A stretch of DNA of 64,000 bases from Bryobacteraceae bacterium (GTDB lineage Bacteria > Acidobacteriota > Terriglobia > Bryobacterales > Bryobacteraceae): the NCBI GenBank assembly GCA_046289265.1, contig JBKBWD010000021.1, forward strand, positions 2,626 through 66,625. The letters are read 5' to 3'. Shown piece after piece: positions 9,850 through 19,688 of this stretch (positions within the stretch are counted from its first letter, which is position 1; each line of letters starts with the position of its first letter). The position numbers and the translations under genes were made by a program. The notes below the pieces were generated by a model, which saw only the letters and a program-made list of their open reading frames with translations, had not been told where the DNA came from and did no database searches.

Positions 9850-10673
9850 CCCGCCTGTTGGCGGAAAAGAGCCAGAGCGAATATTATTATGCCAAAAACG
9901 ATGCGGTAGAAGACAAAGAATCGCAAATTGTTTCGGCGCAGGAACCGGAGAAACAGGGCGATGACGGCCCACCCGGTGATGGCGCTGAGGAGAATGCCGA
10001 GGCAAAACGGACCGACGAGGCTTTCGGGAACGCCGCCCTGCTTGTAAAGATCATAGCTCGCCTTGGCGGCGGCTCCGGCAATGGCCGGCGTTGAAAGCAG
10101 AAAGGAAAAGCGCGCGGCGGCCGCGCGGTCGATGTTACGGAACAGTGCGGCCGTGATGGTAATGCCGCTGCGCGAGGTGCCGGGGATGATCGCGATCGCC
10201 TGGGCGGCGCCAATCAAGAGCCCGTCCATCCAGGTGATGTCCCCGATCCCTTTCTTTCGGGTACCGATGTGGTCCCCGATGCCCATGATGACGCCGACGA
10301 GGATGAGCATCGTTCCGATGACAAAGGGCGAGCGGAGTGTCGTTTCGGCGTGGTCCTTGAAGAGCAGCCCGAAGACCGCGACAGGCACGGAAGCGGCCGC
10401 GAGGAGCCAGAGCAGCTTCGGATTGCGTTTCACCTCGCTTTCGCCCCCGAGCCGCAATCCGAAGCCCATCGCCGTGACGTGGAGCCAGTCCCGGTAGAAA
10501 TAAACAAGGACGGCCGCCAGCGTCCCCAGATGGAGGGCGATATCGAAGGTCAGGCCCTGATCCTCCCAACCGAGGAGCCACGGCGCCAGCGCCAGATGGG
10601 CGGAGCTGCTGATGGGCAGGAACTCCGTAAATCCCTGAACCACCGCAAGAATGATTACCTGGAGAAGTGACAT
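9846..10673 (-). CDS. uppP: undecaprenyl-diphosphate phosphatase
   Basis: 275 aa polytopic membrane protein with the BacA/UppP signatures GFTEFLPISSSAHL and PGTSRSG. Confidence 0.9.
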   Translation of the reverse strand: MSLLQVIILAVVQGFTEFLPISSSAHLALAPWLLGWEDQGLTFDIALHLGTLAAVLVYFYRDWLHVTAMGFGLRLGGESEVKRNPKLLWLLAAASVPVAVFGLLFKDHAETTLRSPFVIGTMLILVGVIMGIGDHIGTRKKGIGDITWMDGLLIGAAQAIAIIPGTSRSGITITAALFRNIDRAAAARFSFLLSTPAIAGAAAKASYDLYKQGGVPESLVGPFCLGILLSAITGWAVIALFLRFLRRNNLRFFVFYRIVFGIIIFALALFRQQAG

Positions 10674-10785
10674 CTCTCTCCACGGTAGCGTGTGCGCGGG
10701 CGGTTGCGCCAGAAGCTGAAGCTGCCAGCGCGTGCGGCGGACGCGCCGCGCCCGCTAGAATGGGATGTACGCGATTCCAGTCCTC

Positions 10786-12201
10786 ATGCCGAATACGAAA
10801 ATAGTCGCCACGCTAGGACCCTCCAGCGATACACCCGAGATCATCCGGAGCCTATTTGAGGCGGGTGTGGATGTTTTTCGTCTCAACGCTTCGCACGGCA
10901 CGGCCGAAGACCACGTCCGCCGGATCCGCATCGTGCGGGAGATTGCCGCCGAAATCGGGTCACATGCCGGAGTTCTTCTGGACCTGCAGGGCCCGAAGAT
11001 CCGGCTCGGTACGTTCGAGGGCGGCACCGCCTTCCTACAAACCGGCTCGACGTTTACGATCACGGTCGAGCCCACGGTCGGCAACGCCGAGGTCGCCTCG
11101 ACCAGCTATGCCGAGTTCGCCCGAGACCTGAAGGACGGCGATCGCGTCCTGCTCGCCGACGGCGCCGTGGAGCTTCAAGTGGTCGATAGCGACGGTGTCC
11201 GCGTGCGGTGCAAAGTAGTCTCGGGAGGCGTCGTGGGCGACCGCAAAGGCATCAATTTGCCCGGCGTCCAGGTCAGCACGCCCTCGCTGACGCGCAAGGA
11301 CATGGCAGATCTTCAGTTCGGCCTGGAAGCGGGCATCGACATGGTTGCGCTCTCTTTTGTGCGCAAACCGAGCGACGTGCTGCGGCTGCGTCTCTACCTG
11401 GAAGAGAAGGGCGCCACGCTCCCGATTGTCGCCAAGATTGAAAAGCCGGAGGCATGGGAGAGCCTCGACGACATCCTGAACGAGTCCGACGGCGTTATGG
11501 TAGCGCGCGGCGATCTCGGGGTCGAGATGGCGCTGGAGAAGGTGCCATTCATTCAGAAATCGATCATCGAACGGGCGCGCCTGCATGGCAAGTTCGTCAT
11601 TACGGCGACCCAGATGCTCGAGTCGATGGTGCAGAACCCGACGCCGACGCGCGCCGAAGTGAGCGACGTCGCGAACGCGATTTACGACGGCACAGACGCT
11701 GTGATGCTATCGGCGGAGACATCGGCCGGCATGTACCCGGTAGAGGCAGCGCGGATGATGAACCGGATCGCCGCCGAGGCGGAAGTCTCGATCCGCTCCC
11801 GCGGCTACAGTGACCCGCCGCACAAGCCGCATCCGACGCACGCCGAGATCGTCGCCGATGTCGCCTACCGCGCGGCACGCTCGGCGAACGTGCAGGGAAT
11901 TGTCGTCTTCACGGCCAGCGGCTTCAGCGCCCGTCTCATCGCGCGCTACCGTCCGCCGGTCCCGATCTTCGCTTTCACGCAGAACGCCGGCGTCGCACGC
12001 CAGATGAACCTGATCTACGGCATCACGCCGGTGATTTCGTCCAACACAGGTTCGACCGACGAAATGCTCGCCCTCATGGAGCGTATCCTGCTCGAAAAGA
12101 AGGCCGTGCGCCCGCGCGAGAGCGTGGTCTTCGTCGCGGGACAGCCGATCGGGCGGCCCGGGAGCACGAACCTGATCAAACTCCACCGCATCGGCGAGTA
12201 A
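10786..12201 (+). CDS. pyk: pyruvate kinase
   Basis: TKIVATLGPSS, FRLNASHG, MVARGDLGVE and the overall length match pyruvate kinase. The ORF track starts at 10765. ATG 10786 gives the usual N-terminus. Confidence 0.9.
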   Translation: MPNTKIVATLGPSSDTPEIIRSLFEAGVDVFRLNASHGTAEDHVRRIRIVREIAAEIGSHAGVLLDLQGPKIRLGTFEGGTAFLQTGSTFTITVEPTVGNAEVASTSYAEFARDLKDGDRVLLADGAVELQVVDSDGVRVRCKVVSGGVVGDRKGINLPGVQVSTPSLTRKDMADLQFGLEAGIDMVALSFVRKPSDVLRLRLYLEEKGATLPIVAKIEKPEAWESLDDILNESDGVMVARGDLGVEMALEKVPFIQKSIIERARLHGKFVITATQMLESMVQNPTPTRAEVSDVANAIYDGTDAVMLSAETSAGMYPVEAARMMNRIAAEAEVSIRSRGYSDPPHKPHPTHAEIVADVAYRAARSANVQGIVVFTASGFSARLIARYRPPVPIFAFTQNAGVARQMNLIYGITPVISSNTGSTDEMLALMERILLEKKAVRPRESVVFVAGQPIGRPGSTNLIKLHRIGE

Positions 12202-12286
12202 TTACGACGCAGAGGCGCGGCAGACTCTTTACAGCGCAGCGCGAAACTACATACCGCAGACCTTCATCCAACGAGTTGGAGGAAGC

Positions 12287-12559
12287 ATGCGATCAGCGTC
12301 GAAGCGCGCGATTCCCACCGGCATCCTCGCAGCGATTACTCTGACCGCCGGGGCAGGCGGCATCGAACTCCTCCAGAATCGCGTCCATCCGGAGCTGCCG
12401 TTCTACACAGGCATACTGCATACCTATCGGAATGAGTACAAGGCGGTGGAGACAAATATCGGTTTTTGCGGATGGCTCCTAAACGCTCTCGAAGCGCGAG
12501 AAGCATGCGCGATAGATTACTGTCCACGAAATCACCGGATAACTGTGCTTATGCGGTGA
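12287..12559 (+). CDS. small hypothetical protein (possible signal peptide), orphan in a lower-GC islet
   Basis: ATG preceded by GGAGGAAGC. The N-terminus is hydrophobic (IPTGILAAITLTAGAGG). No recognisable family. Confidence 0.3.
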   Translation: MRSASKRAIPTGILAAITLTAGAGGIELLQNRVHPELPFYTGILHTYRNEYKAVETNIGFCGWLLNALEAREACAIDYCPRNHRITVLMR

Positions 12560-12580
12560 TTGGTCGAGGAGGAAGCGCTT

Positions 12581-12798
12581 TTACTCCAGCTTAAGTCTCT
12601 GGAAATTGTTGAGCAGCGCCACCTGGAGGCCGGAGACCTTGAGGTAGTAGATGCATTGGGCGAGATGCCGGTTATCGAAGCGGTCCTGGCACTTCAATTC
12701 CAGGATGAGCCGACTCCGACTTTGGTCAGATCCGATTCGTGAGCATTCGCGTTCATCCGTGGCCGCTCCTGAACACGTCTCGGCCTGGGAATCAGCAT
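12581..12798 (-). pseudogene. remnant (C-terminal part) of a GxxExxY-family / PD-(D/E)XK-like protein, no start codon
   Basis: Manual minus-strand translation gives ...RIGSDQSRSRLILELKCQDRFDNRHLAQCIYYLKVSGLQVALLNNFQRLKLE* (stop = revcomp of 12581..12583). The ELK ... Q..YL...G...ALL.NF... C-terminal pattern is characteristic of the family. The frame is closed by a TGA just upstream (about 12799..12801) with no Met or GxxExxY motif. Confidence 0.55.
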
Positions 12799-12914
12799 TT
12801 CACGTCGATGCAGGACTCTTTTGGCCACAGATGGACGCGAAAACTCGCGGATTCGTTCGTCCAGTCGTTTCGTGGAAACCACGCTAGTCGCCCCGCTGCT
12901 CCCAGGACCGGCTC

Positions 12915-15900
12915 GTGACACTCACATCGAAGCTCAGCCTGGCGGCCCTTGTCCTGAGCGGTATCCTCCTGCTCATCCTCACTACCGTACTGTTGCTCCA
13001 CACCGAACCAGCCCGGCGCTTCACGCTCGATCGCGTGGAGGACGTACTTCGCCGCCGGGGCATCGACCTGGAAGCCGAACGGCTTGATTACAATCTCTGG
13101 CAGCTCTCCGCCACCCTTACCAATGTCACGATCCGCTCCGAAGCCACACCCGATCTGCCGCCGTTCGCCCGCATCCGCTCAGTCAGCGCCGAGATCAGTC
13201 TTCGCGCTCTGCTGGACGGCGTCATTCGGGTCCGCAATGTTCGCGTTCAGGAGCCTGACATTCATCTGGTGATCGACGAACGCGGGCGCAATAACATTCC
13301 GCGCCCGCCCGAGCGTGAGGAACCGCGCGACTTTCTCATCGAATCGCTCGTCGCCAGCCAGGGCTCGCTGCGCATAGTGGACCGCCGCCAGCCGCTGATC
13401 GTGAGCCTGCCGCAGTGGCAGACCGTGGTGGCAGGCGACCCTGCCACGCTGGCCCACGAAATCCGCTTTCAGACGCAGCAGCGAGGACAAGCGACGCTCG
13501 AGGGGCGGCCTCTGGCGATCGAGCGCGTCGCCGCCAACGTGCGGACGGCACGGAATGTGACCGAGATCCGAAGCGTCACGGTAAACGCAGACAATTTGCG
13601 AATCGGCGTTGCCGGTCAGATCCGCAACGGCGTAGTAAACCTCACCGCCGATGCCGACCTCCGCCTGGGCCCGCTACTGCGTTTCGCCGGTGTGACCCAG
13701 GACGTCCAGGGCGATTTCACCGTGCGCGCCGACATCCGTGGACCCACGGACCACCCACGAATCCTCGCGACGATGCACGGGAGAAACATCCGTGTCGAGG
13801 GACTGGCCGGCATCGATCTTCGTGCCGAAACCGCTTACATCGTCGGGGCGCAGCGCGTCGAGCTGACGCGGTTCCGGATGCAGTCGCCCGCGGGCGCCGC
13901 CGAAGGCCGGGCCGATATTGCTTTGACCGCCCAGGCCGGACGCTCCTTTGTCCAGGCGAATATCGATCGGCTCGACGTGGGCCAGGTCAGCCGGATTCTG
14001 GAGTCGCCGATTCAAATCGCCAGCCGGGCCACCGGGACGGTAAACGCCTGGTTCCAGGGACTCGCCTTCCGCCAGGCAGAAGCCGACATTACGCTGCGAC
14101 TAACCCCGACGATCGAGCGCCCAGCCGAGGACGTCCTTCCCGTCGGCGGGCAGCTCAGCGCGGTGTTTCGCCCGGGACGGCTCGCCATGGATCTGCGGCC
14201 GATCGAAGCTCTCGGGACGCGCGCGGAGGGGCAGGTGCGCTTCGCGCTGCCGGGCTGGGCGATGGACGGCGACGTCCGCGTGGCAATTCCCAGCATCGAC
14301 ACGACCCTCTCGAAAACTGCGGATTTTGTCGGGCGGGAGACGCTGCTCCCTTTTGACGTGGATGGCCCGGCGCGGGCCGAGGCCCGGCTGGAAGGTACAC
14401 TCACATCGCCCCTCATCACGGCGACGCTGTTCACTGAGGACGCGGAGATCGGCGATTTGAGGCCGGTTACAATCGACGCCGGGGTTGTCGTCGATCCGGC
14501 GCAGGTCGCCATCCGCGAATCGACGGTGCGGTGGGCCGACCAGGCGCTTGTGGCCGAAGGAACGATCGGCATTCGCGCTCCGCAGCCGCTGGCGATCAGC
14601 GCGCGCCTGGTGGAGGCTTCCGTGCCTGCGATTCTCGCGGCCGCCGGCCGGCCGGATATTCCAGCCGAGGGCCTCGTGACGGCGGAGGCCGAGGTCGGCG
14701 GCACGCTCGGAGCGCCGGAGGTGGAGTTTACGGCGGTCGGGTGGGACCTTGCCGCATATGGCGAGCCGCTCGGCGCATTTGAGGCCCAAGCGTCTCTGCG
14801 GAATCAGCTTTTCGAACTGTCGCGCTTCCGGCTGGATAAGCCTCCCCCGGGACTGGAGGGCGGCACCCTGGATGCCTACGGGACATACAATCTTGGGACA
14901 GGCGTCTATACGATCGCAGCGGAAGGGACCAACCTGAGAATCGAGCAGTTGGTTCTTCCGGGTGACGTTCCGGTGCGCGGCGTGCTGAACCTGGCGGCGC
15001 AGGGTGAGGGGACGGTCGATGACCCGGTCCTCCGGGGCGGGCTTTCGGTCGCGGACCTTCGTGTGCGGGGCGAAGAGGTCGGTCAGGCCGCGGCACAATT
15101 TTACGTCGCCGACCGCGAAGCGCTGCTTGGGGCCGAGGTTCCGCTCTACAATCTGACGTCGACGGCGCGCATCGGCATCGACGCGCCGTTTCCCGCCCGC
15201 TTCCATGTGCGCTTCGATCAGACCGACATCGAGCGGCTTCCGGTCGAGTTCCCGCGCCCGGTCACTGGCACGATTACGGCGCGCGTTGACGGCAACGCCG
15301 AACTCGCCCGCCCCGAGGACGCCCACATCGCCGCAGTGATTCCCGAACTGGCGATCGTCGTCGACCAGATGCCCGTCCGGGCCGAGGAGCCGATCCTGCT
15401 CCGCTACGCCACCCGCACCCTGTTTGTCGATCAAGCCGAAATCACGGCCGACGATTCGCGCCTGGAGGTCGCCGGCTCGCTTCCCCTGGACACCACGGCA
15501 CCGCCAGGACGGATCGCGATCCGCGGCGACATCAACATGCAGACGATTGTTATCTTTATCCCGGTGAGGCAGCCGCTGACGGGCCGCGGCCGCGTCGAAC
15601 TCGCGGCGGAACTGCGCGGCTATTTGACGGCCATCGAGCCGGAGGCCACGATCCGTCTGGCCGACGGATTCATCAACAGTCCAAACTTCAATCCGATCGT
15701 CGATCTCGAAGTGGCTGCGTTCCTCCGCGACGGACTCTTCGTTCTGGAGCGCGCCTCCTGGTTTTACGCGGCCGGAACCTTCGAGGCAGCCGGCCGGGTT
15801 CCGCTCGCCATGCTCCCGTGGAACCTGCCGCTCGTCGCCCCTCCGCGTCCGGAAACGGCGCAGCTTTCGCTCGTCATCGACCGGCTGGACCTTGGCGCCA

Positions 15901-18900
15901 CCGGCGAACTGCCGGACCCGATCGGAGGTGTTATCTCATTACGGCTCGATGCCCAGGCCCCCGAACATCGCCTGGAAGCCCTTAGAGCGCGGGCTGTCTT
16001 CGACCGCCTCGAGCTTGAGATCGACGACCTCCTGATTGAACAGCGTGAACCCGTGACGCTTGCGGCGGCCAACGGCATCGCCCGTATCGAGCAGTTGAAT
16101 CTCGTCGGCCCCCAGACCCTCATCCAGGCATCCGGAACCGTCGGCCTCGCCGATCCCTATCCTCTGGCGCTGCGCCTGGGCGGCGACCTCGACGCTTCGA
16201 TCCTGGCTCTGTTCGCCGACAATGTCCGCGCCCGCGGAGAGACGCGCGTGGAGGTAGTAGCCGGAGGGACCTGGCGCGGCCCGCAGGTGACCGGGTTCGC
16301 ACAGGTGGCCAACGCTGATATCACGATCACGCCTCCAGGCCTCGCTTTCGAACACATGAATGCGCGGTTCGACCTGGACCGCGACCGCGTCACGATCACG
16401 CAGCTCGAGTCCGACCTCAACGGCGGCCGCTTCCGGGCCGGCGGGACCTTCCGCCTCGGCCCACAGGGGCCGGAGAACATTTTCGTCGACGCCCAGGCCG
16501 AGGACGTTTTCCTGAATTATCCAGTTGGCTTCCGGACTCTCTCGGAAGCGGCCATCTCAGTGCGCTCAAAGGACGCCCTCATCCTGATCGGCGGAGACGT
16601 CCGTGTACTCGAAGGGTTGTATACGGAACCGATACTGGTGGAAACGCAACTGCTGCGGGCCCTGCGCGGCGGCGATGCCATCGACCTCACGATCGAGCGG
16701 CGGCCCTTCCTCGAGCGGATCCGCTACAACGTCAACGTCCAGACCGTCGATCCGGTCGTGATCGACAACAACATCGCCCGTTTAGCGATCGAGGCGGATC
16801 TCCGCGTAGTAGGAACGTATTACCGACCCTCCGTCGTCGGCAACCTGGCCCTGGAAGAAGGCGGCGACATCTTCCTGAACGAACGTCGCTACATCGTGGA
16901 GCGCGGCGTGGTCAACTTCGTCAGCGAGCAGCGCATCCAGCCGTCGCTCGACATCGTCGGTTCGGCGCGCGCCGGAGGCTACGATGTGACAATCCGGGTC
17001 ACAGGCGAGCCGGGCGATATCCGGACGATCCTCAGCTCGGACCCGCCGCTTCCGGAGCCCGATATCATCGCGGTGCTTCTCACCGGCCGAACGCTCGAAG
17101 AGGTGCGCGCGGCCGAAGTGACGGTGGCGCAGGAGCAGGCGTTGTCCCTCCTGGCGGGCAATCTCGGTCTGCTTCTCGCGCAGCAGACCCAGGCGGCCTT
17201 CGGATTCACACGCGTGCGGATCGATCCCTTACTCATCTCGCCCGAGGTCAGTCCGGCGGCTCGCCTTACGGTTTCGCAGGATCTGACGCGCGACCTCAAC
17301 CTGCTCTACTCGATGAACCTGGCCGACAGCGCCGACCAGATCTGGATCCTCGCCTACAACGTCACGCGCCGCTTTCTGACACGCGTGATGCGGCAGCAGG
17401 ACGGCACGACGCGCTTCGAGTTCCGCCACGATATGCGATTCGGCGGTACGCCCCGTCCGCTGCCGCGCCACCCGGTCCGCCCGCGCAACATTGGCGAAGT
17501 AAGAATCTTCGGTGACCCCTTCTTTCCGGAGTCCGAGATTGAACGCCGCCTGGGTTTGCGGCCTGGCGCCCGATACGAATTCTTTCGGGTCCGGCGCAGA
17601 ATGGACCGGCTCGAAGATTTCTACGCGGAACGGGACTATCTGGAGACACGCATCCGCCTCCGCCGTATTGAACAGAACGACACTGTCGATCTCGATTTCA
17701 CCGTCATGGCCGGTCCTCGAGTTCAGTTTGTCTACGAAGGCTGGATCGTTTCGCCCTCGCTTCGCGAGCGGATTCGCGAGATCTGGCGCACCGGTGTATT
17801 CGACATACAGCGGGCCGAAGACGCTGCGCTGGCGATTCGGGAGAACTTAGTAAGAGAAGGGCACGTGTTGGGCACGGTCGAATATGTCATTACGACGCCG
17901 GCGCCGAATTTGAAGCGCGTTCTCTTTGAGATCCGGCCGGGACCGTGGTTTCGCGAGTTCCCGATCGTTTTCGAGGGCGCGCGGGCAATTCCGCCCGAGG
18001 AACTCGAACGCGTCCTTCAGGATGCACAGCGGCGAGTCGAGGTCTTCACCAGGCCGCGCGAGGTCGTAAATTTTCTTCGCAGGTACTACCGGGAACACGG
18101 CTATCTGGACGCAGAGATCGAGCTGCCCCGTTATGCTCCCGATCCTGGAGCCCGCACAGGCCGCGCCGTGATCGTGATCGCCGAGGGGCGGCAGAGCCGG
18201 GTCGGACGCTTGGAGTTCCTTGGAAACGCCGCCTTTACAGACGCGCAACTGCTGGCTGCGATTCCATTGAAAGAGGGGGCGCCATTCCTGCCGGAGCAGC
18301 GTGAACTCTCCTTCACTCAGCTTCAGGACATGTATCTTGCGCAAGGCTACGACCAGGTAGAGATCACCTACCAGACAGAGCGACGGCGTCAGGAGATGTT
18401 GGTCGATCTGGTCTTCTTCATCACCGAGAACCGTCAGGCAGTCGTCCAGGAGGCCGAAATTGCCGGGAATGAAATCACCAGCGATCGCTTCGTGCGTGGA
18501 GAGCTTCCGATGACACAAGGGCAAGCTCTCACGCCGGACGTCCTCAGCCTGACGCGGCGGAACCTGTACCGGACCGGGGCGTTTACCACCGTCGATGTCG
18601 AAACCCGAACGGTTCCGGACCGCATCGGGTTGATGCCGTTCCAGCGTCCCGTCCGGACGATCGTTTCCGTCCGCGAGGTGCAGCCCTACCAGTTACGGTA
18701 CGGCGGCTTCTTCGACACTGAACGCGGTCCGGGCTTAATTTCCGACACCGTGACATACAACACTCTCGGGGGCGGCCGCGCGCTCGGACTGCGCCTCCGC
18801 TATGATTCTCAGTTCCAGGATGCCCGGCTCTACTTCCAGCAGCCGGTGACGCGCGCCCTGCCGGTTCTCACCAACGCGGTCGTCTCCGCCACGCGTCTCC

Positions 18901-19688
18901 GGATCGACGATGTCCTCACCGAGACACTCGGCCTGACCCTCGACCAGGAGACCCGCTTCCGCCGCCACTATCTGGTGACTTACGGCTACAGGCTTCAGAA
19001 CACCCGGACGCGCGACATCGTGACGCCCGATCCTCTCATTGACATGACGATCCGTACCGCCCCGCTGATCGGGACCTTTACGCGCGATACGCGCGACGGC
19101 CTGCTGGATGCCACGCACGGCTCTTTTTTCTCGAACGCGGTGGAACTGGCCGGCACGATGACCGGCTCGCAGCTCAACTTCGGGAGCTATTTCGGGCAGT
19201 ATTTCCGGTATCACCCGCTTGGCCTGGTGCGCCCCGTGCCGTTCGGCCGGGGCCTGGAGCGGCCGCGCCTGATTCTGGCCGGCACTGTGCGGGCGGGCGT
19301 CGGAGGCGGCTTCGCGGGGCAGATCCTGCCGTTCGCGCAGCGGTTCTTCGCCGGAGGCAGCACGTCGGTGCGCGGATTCCGCCAGAACACGCTCGGTCCG
19401 TTGGGGCCGGACGGACAACCGCTGGGAGGCGACGCGGTCTTCATCAGCAACCTGGAACTCCGGTTCCCGATCTGGAGCATCTTCGACGGCGTGACCTTTT
19501 TCGACGCGGGCAATGTCTTCCTGCGCGCGCAGGACTTCAATCCGCTGAACAGCCGGACGACGGTCGGAGCGGGCTTGCGCCTGCGTCTTCCCTTCTTCCT
19601 GATCCGGTTCGACTACGGCCACAAACTCGACCGGCGTCCGGGCGAAACCGCCGGCCGCTTCTATATAAGCATCGGTCAGGCCTTCTGA
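12915..19688 (+). CDS. giant envelope protein: TamB/AsmA-like N-terminal ~1,500 aa fused to a POTRA + Omp85 (TamA/BamA-like) beta-barrel
   Basis: GTG start with AGGA 7 nt upstream and an N-terminal signal-anchor (LSLAALVLSGILLLILTTVLLLH). A long beta-rich region ends in a TamB C-terminal (DUF490-type) signature (ILSSDPPLPEPDIIAVLLTGRT ... LLYSMNLADSADQIWILAYNVTRRFLTRVMRQQDGTTRFEFRHDMRFG). A Pro/Arg linker leads to POTRA-like repeats (IGEVRIFGDPFFPESEIERRL, VGRLEFLGNAAFTDAQLL, VVQEAEIAGNEITSDRFVRGEL). The barrel carries the Omp85 loop-6 motif FFAGGSTSVRGF and a C-terminal aromatic beta-signal (RFYISIGQAF). Confidence 0.8.
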   Translation: MTLTSKLSLAALVLSGILLLILTTVLLLHTEPARRFTLDRVEDVLRRRGIDLEAERLDYNLWQLSATLTNVTIRSEATPDLPPFARIRSVSAEISLRALLDGVIRVRNVRVQEPDIHLVIDERGRNNIPRPPEREEPRDFLIESLVASQGSLRIVDRRQPLIVSLPQWQTVVAGDPATLAHEIRFQTQQRGQATLEGRPLAIERVAANVRTARNVTEIRSVTVNADNLRIGVAGQIRNGVVNLTADADLRLGPLLRFAGVTQDVQGDFTVRADIRGPTDHPRILATMHGRNIRVEGLAGIDLRAETAYIVGAQRVELTRFRMQSPAGAAEGRADIALTAQAGRSFVQANIDRLDVGQVSRILESPIQIASRATGTVNAWFQGLAFRQAEADITLRLTPTIERPAEDVLPVGGQLSAVFRPGRLAMDLRPIEALGTRAEGQVRFALPGWAMDGDVRVAIPSIDTTLSKTADFVGRETLLPFDVDGPARAEARLEGTLTSPLITATLFTEDAEIGDLRPVTIDAGVVVDPAQVAIRESTVRWADQALVAEGTIGIRAPQPLAISARLVEASVPAILAAAGRPDIPAEGLVTAEAEVGGTLGAPEVEFTAVGWDLAAYGEPLGAFEAQASLRNQLFELSRFRLDKPPPGLEGGTLDAYGTYNLGTGVYTIAAEGTNLRIEQLVLPGDVPVRGVLNLAAQGEGTVDDPVLRGGLSVADLRVRGEEVGQAAAQFYVADREALLGAEVPLYNLTSTARIGIDAPFPARFHVRFDQTDIERLPVEFPRPVTGTITARVDGNAELARPEDAHIAAVIPELAIVVDQMPVRAEEPILLRYATRTLFVDQAEITADDSRLEVAGSLPLDTTAPPGRIAIRGDINMQTIVIFIPVRQPLTGRGRVELAAELRGYLTAIEPEATIRLADGFINSPNFNPIVDLEVAAFLRDGLFVLERASWFYAAGTFEAAGRVPLAMLPWNLPLVAPPRPETAQLSLVIDRLDLGATGELPDPIGGVISLRLDAQAPEHRLEALRARAVFDRLELEIDDLLIEQREPVTLAAANGIARIEQLNLVGPQTLIQASGTVGLADPYPLALRLGGDLDASILALFADNVRARGETRVEVVAGGTWRGPQVTGFAQVANADITITPPGLAFEHMNARFDLDRDRVTITQLESDLNGGRFRAGGTFRLGPQGPENIFVDAQAEDVFLNYPVGFRTLSEAAISVRSKDALILIGGDVRVLEGLYTEPILVETQLLRALRGGDAIDLTIERRPFLERIRYNVNVQTVDPVVIDNNIARLAIEADLRVVGTYYRPSVVGNLALEEGGDIFLNERRYIVERGVVNFVSEQRIQPSLDIVGSARAGGYDVTIRVTGEPGDIRTILSSDPPLPEPDIIAVLLTGRTLEEVRAAEVTVAQEQALSLLAGNLGLLLAQQTQAAFGFTRVRIDPLLISPEVSPAARLTVSQDLTRDLNLLYSMNLADSADQIWILAYNVTRRFLTRVMRQQDGTTRFEFRHDMRFGGTPRPLPRHPVRPRNIGEVRIFGDPFFPESEIERRLGLRPGARYEFFRVRRRMDRLEDFYAERDYLETRIRLRRIEQNDTVDLDFTVMAGPRVQFVYEGWIVSPSLRERIREIWRTGVFDIQRAEDAALAIRENLVREGHVLGTVEYVITTPAPNLKRVLFEIRPGPWFREFPIVFEGARAIPPEELERVLQDAQRRVEVFTRPREVVNFLRRYYREHGYLDAEIELPRYAPDPGARTGRAVIVIAEGRQSRVGRLEFLGNAAFTDAQLLAAIPLKEGAPFLPEQRELSFTQLQDMYLAQGYDQVEITYQTERRRQEMLVDLVFFITENRQAVVQEAEIAGNEITSDRFVRGELPMTQGQALTPDVLSLTRRNLYRTGAFTTVDVETRTVPDRIGLMPFQRPVRTIVSVREVQPYQLRYGGFFDTERGPGLISDTVTYNTLGGGRALGLRLRYDSQFQDARLYFQQPVTRALPVLTNAVVSATRLRIDDVLTETLGLTLDQETRFRRHYLVTYGYRLQNTRTRDIVTPDPLIDMTIRTAPLIGTFTRDTRDGLLDATHGSFFSNAVELAGTMTGSQLNFGSYFGQYFRYHPLGLVRPVPFGRGLERPRLILAGTVRAGVGGGFAGQILPFAQRFFAGGSTSVRGFRQNTLGPLGPDGQPLGGDAVFISNLELRFPIWSIFDGVTFFDAGNVFLRAQDFNPLNSRTTVGAGLRLRLPFFLIRFDYGHKLDRRPGETAGRFYISIGQAF

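Noticed and set aside
9850-10005. N-terminal 52-aa extension of the FtsK ORF as given in the track.
   Set aside because: It overlaps the 3' end of uppP in another frame and has a non-membrane, Arg/His/Pro-rich composition. The ATG at 9849 gives a normal FtsK N-terminus and an ATGA coupling with uppP.
12560-12742. 60-aa plus-strand ORF (MVEEEALLLQLKSLEIVEQ...).
   Set aside because: It is the mirror image of the GxxExxY-family remnant on the minus strand, which has the recognisable family pattern.
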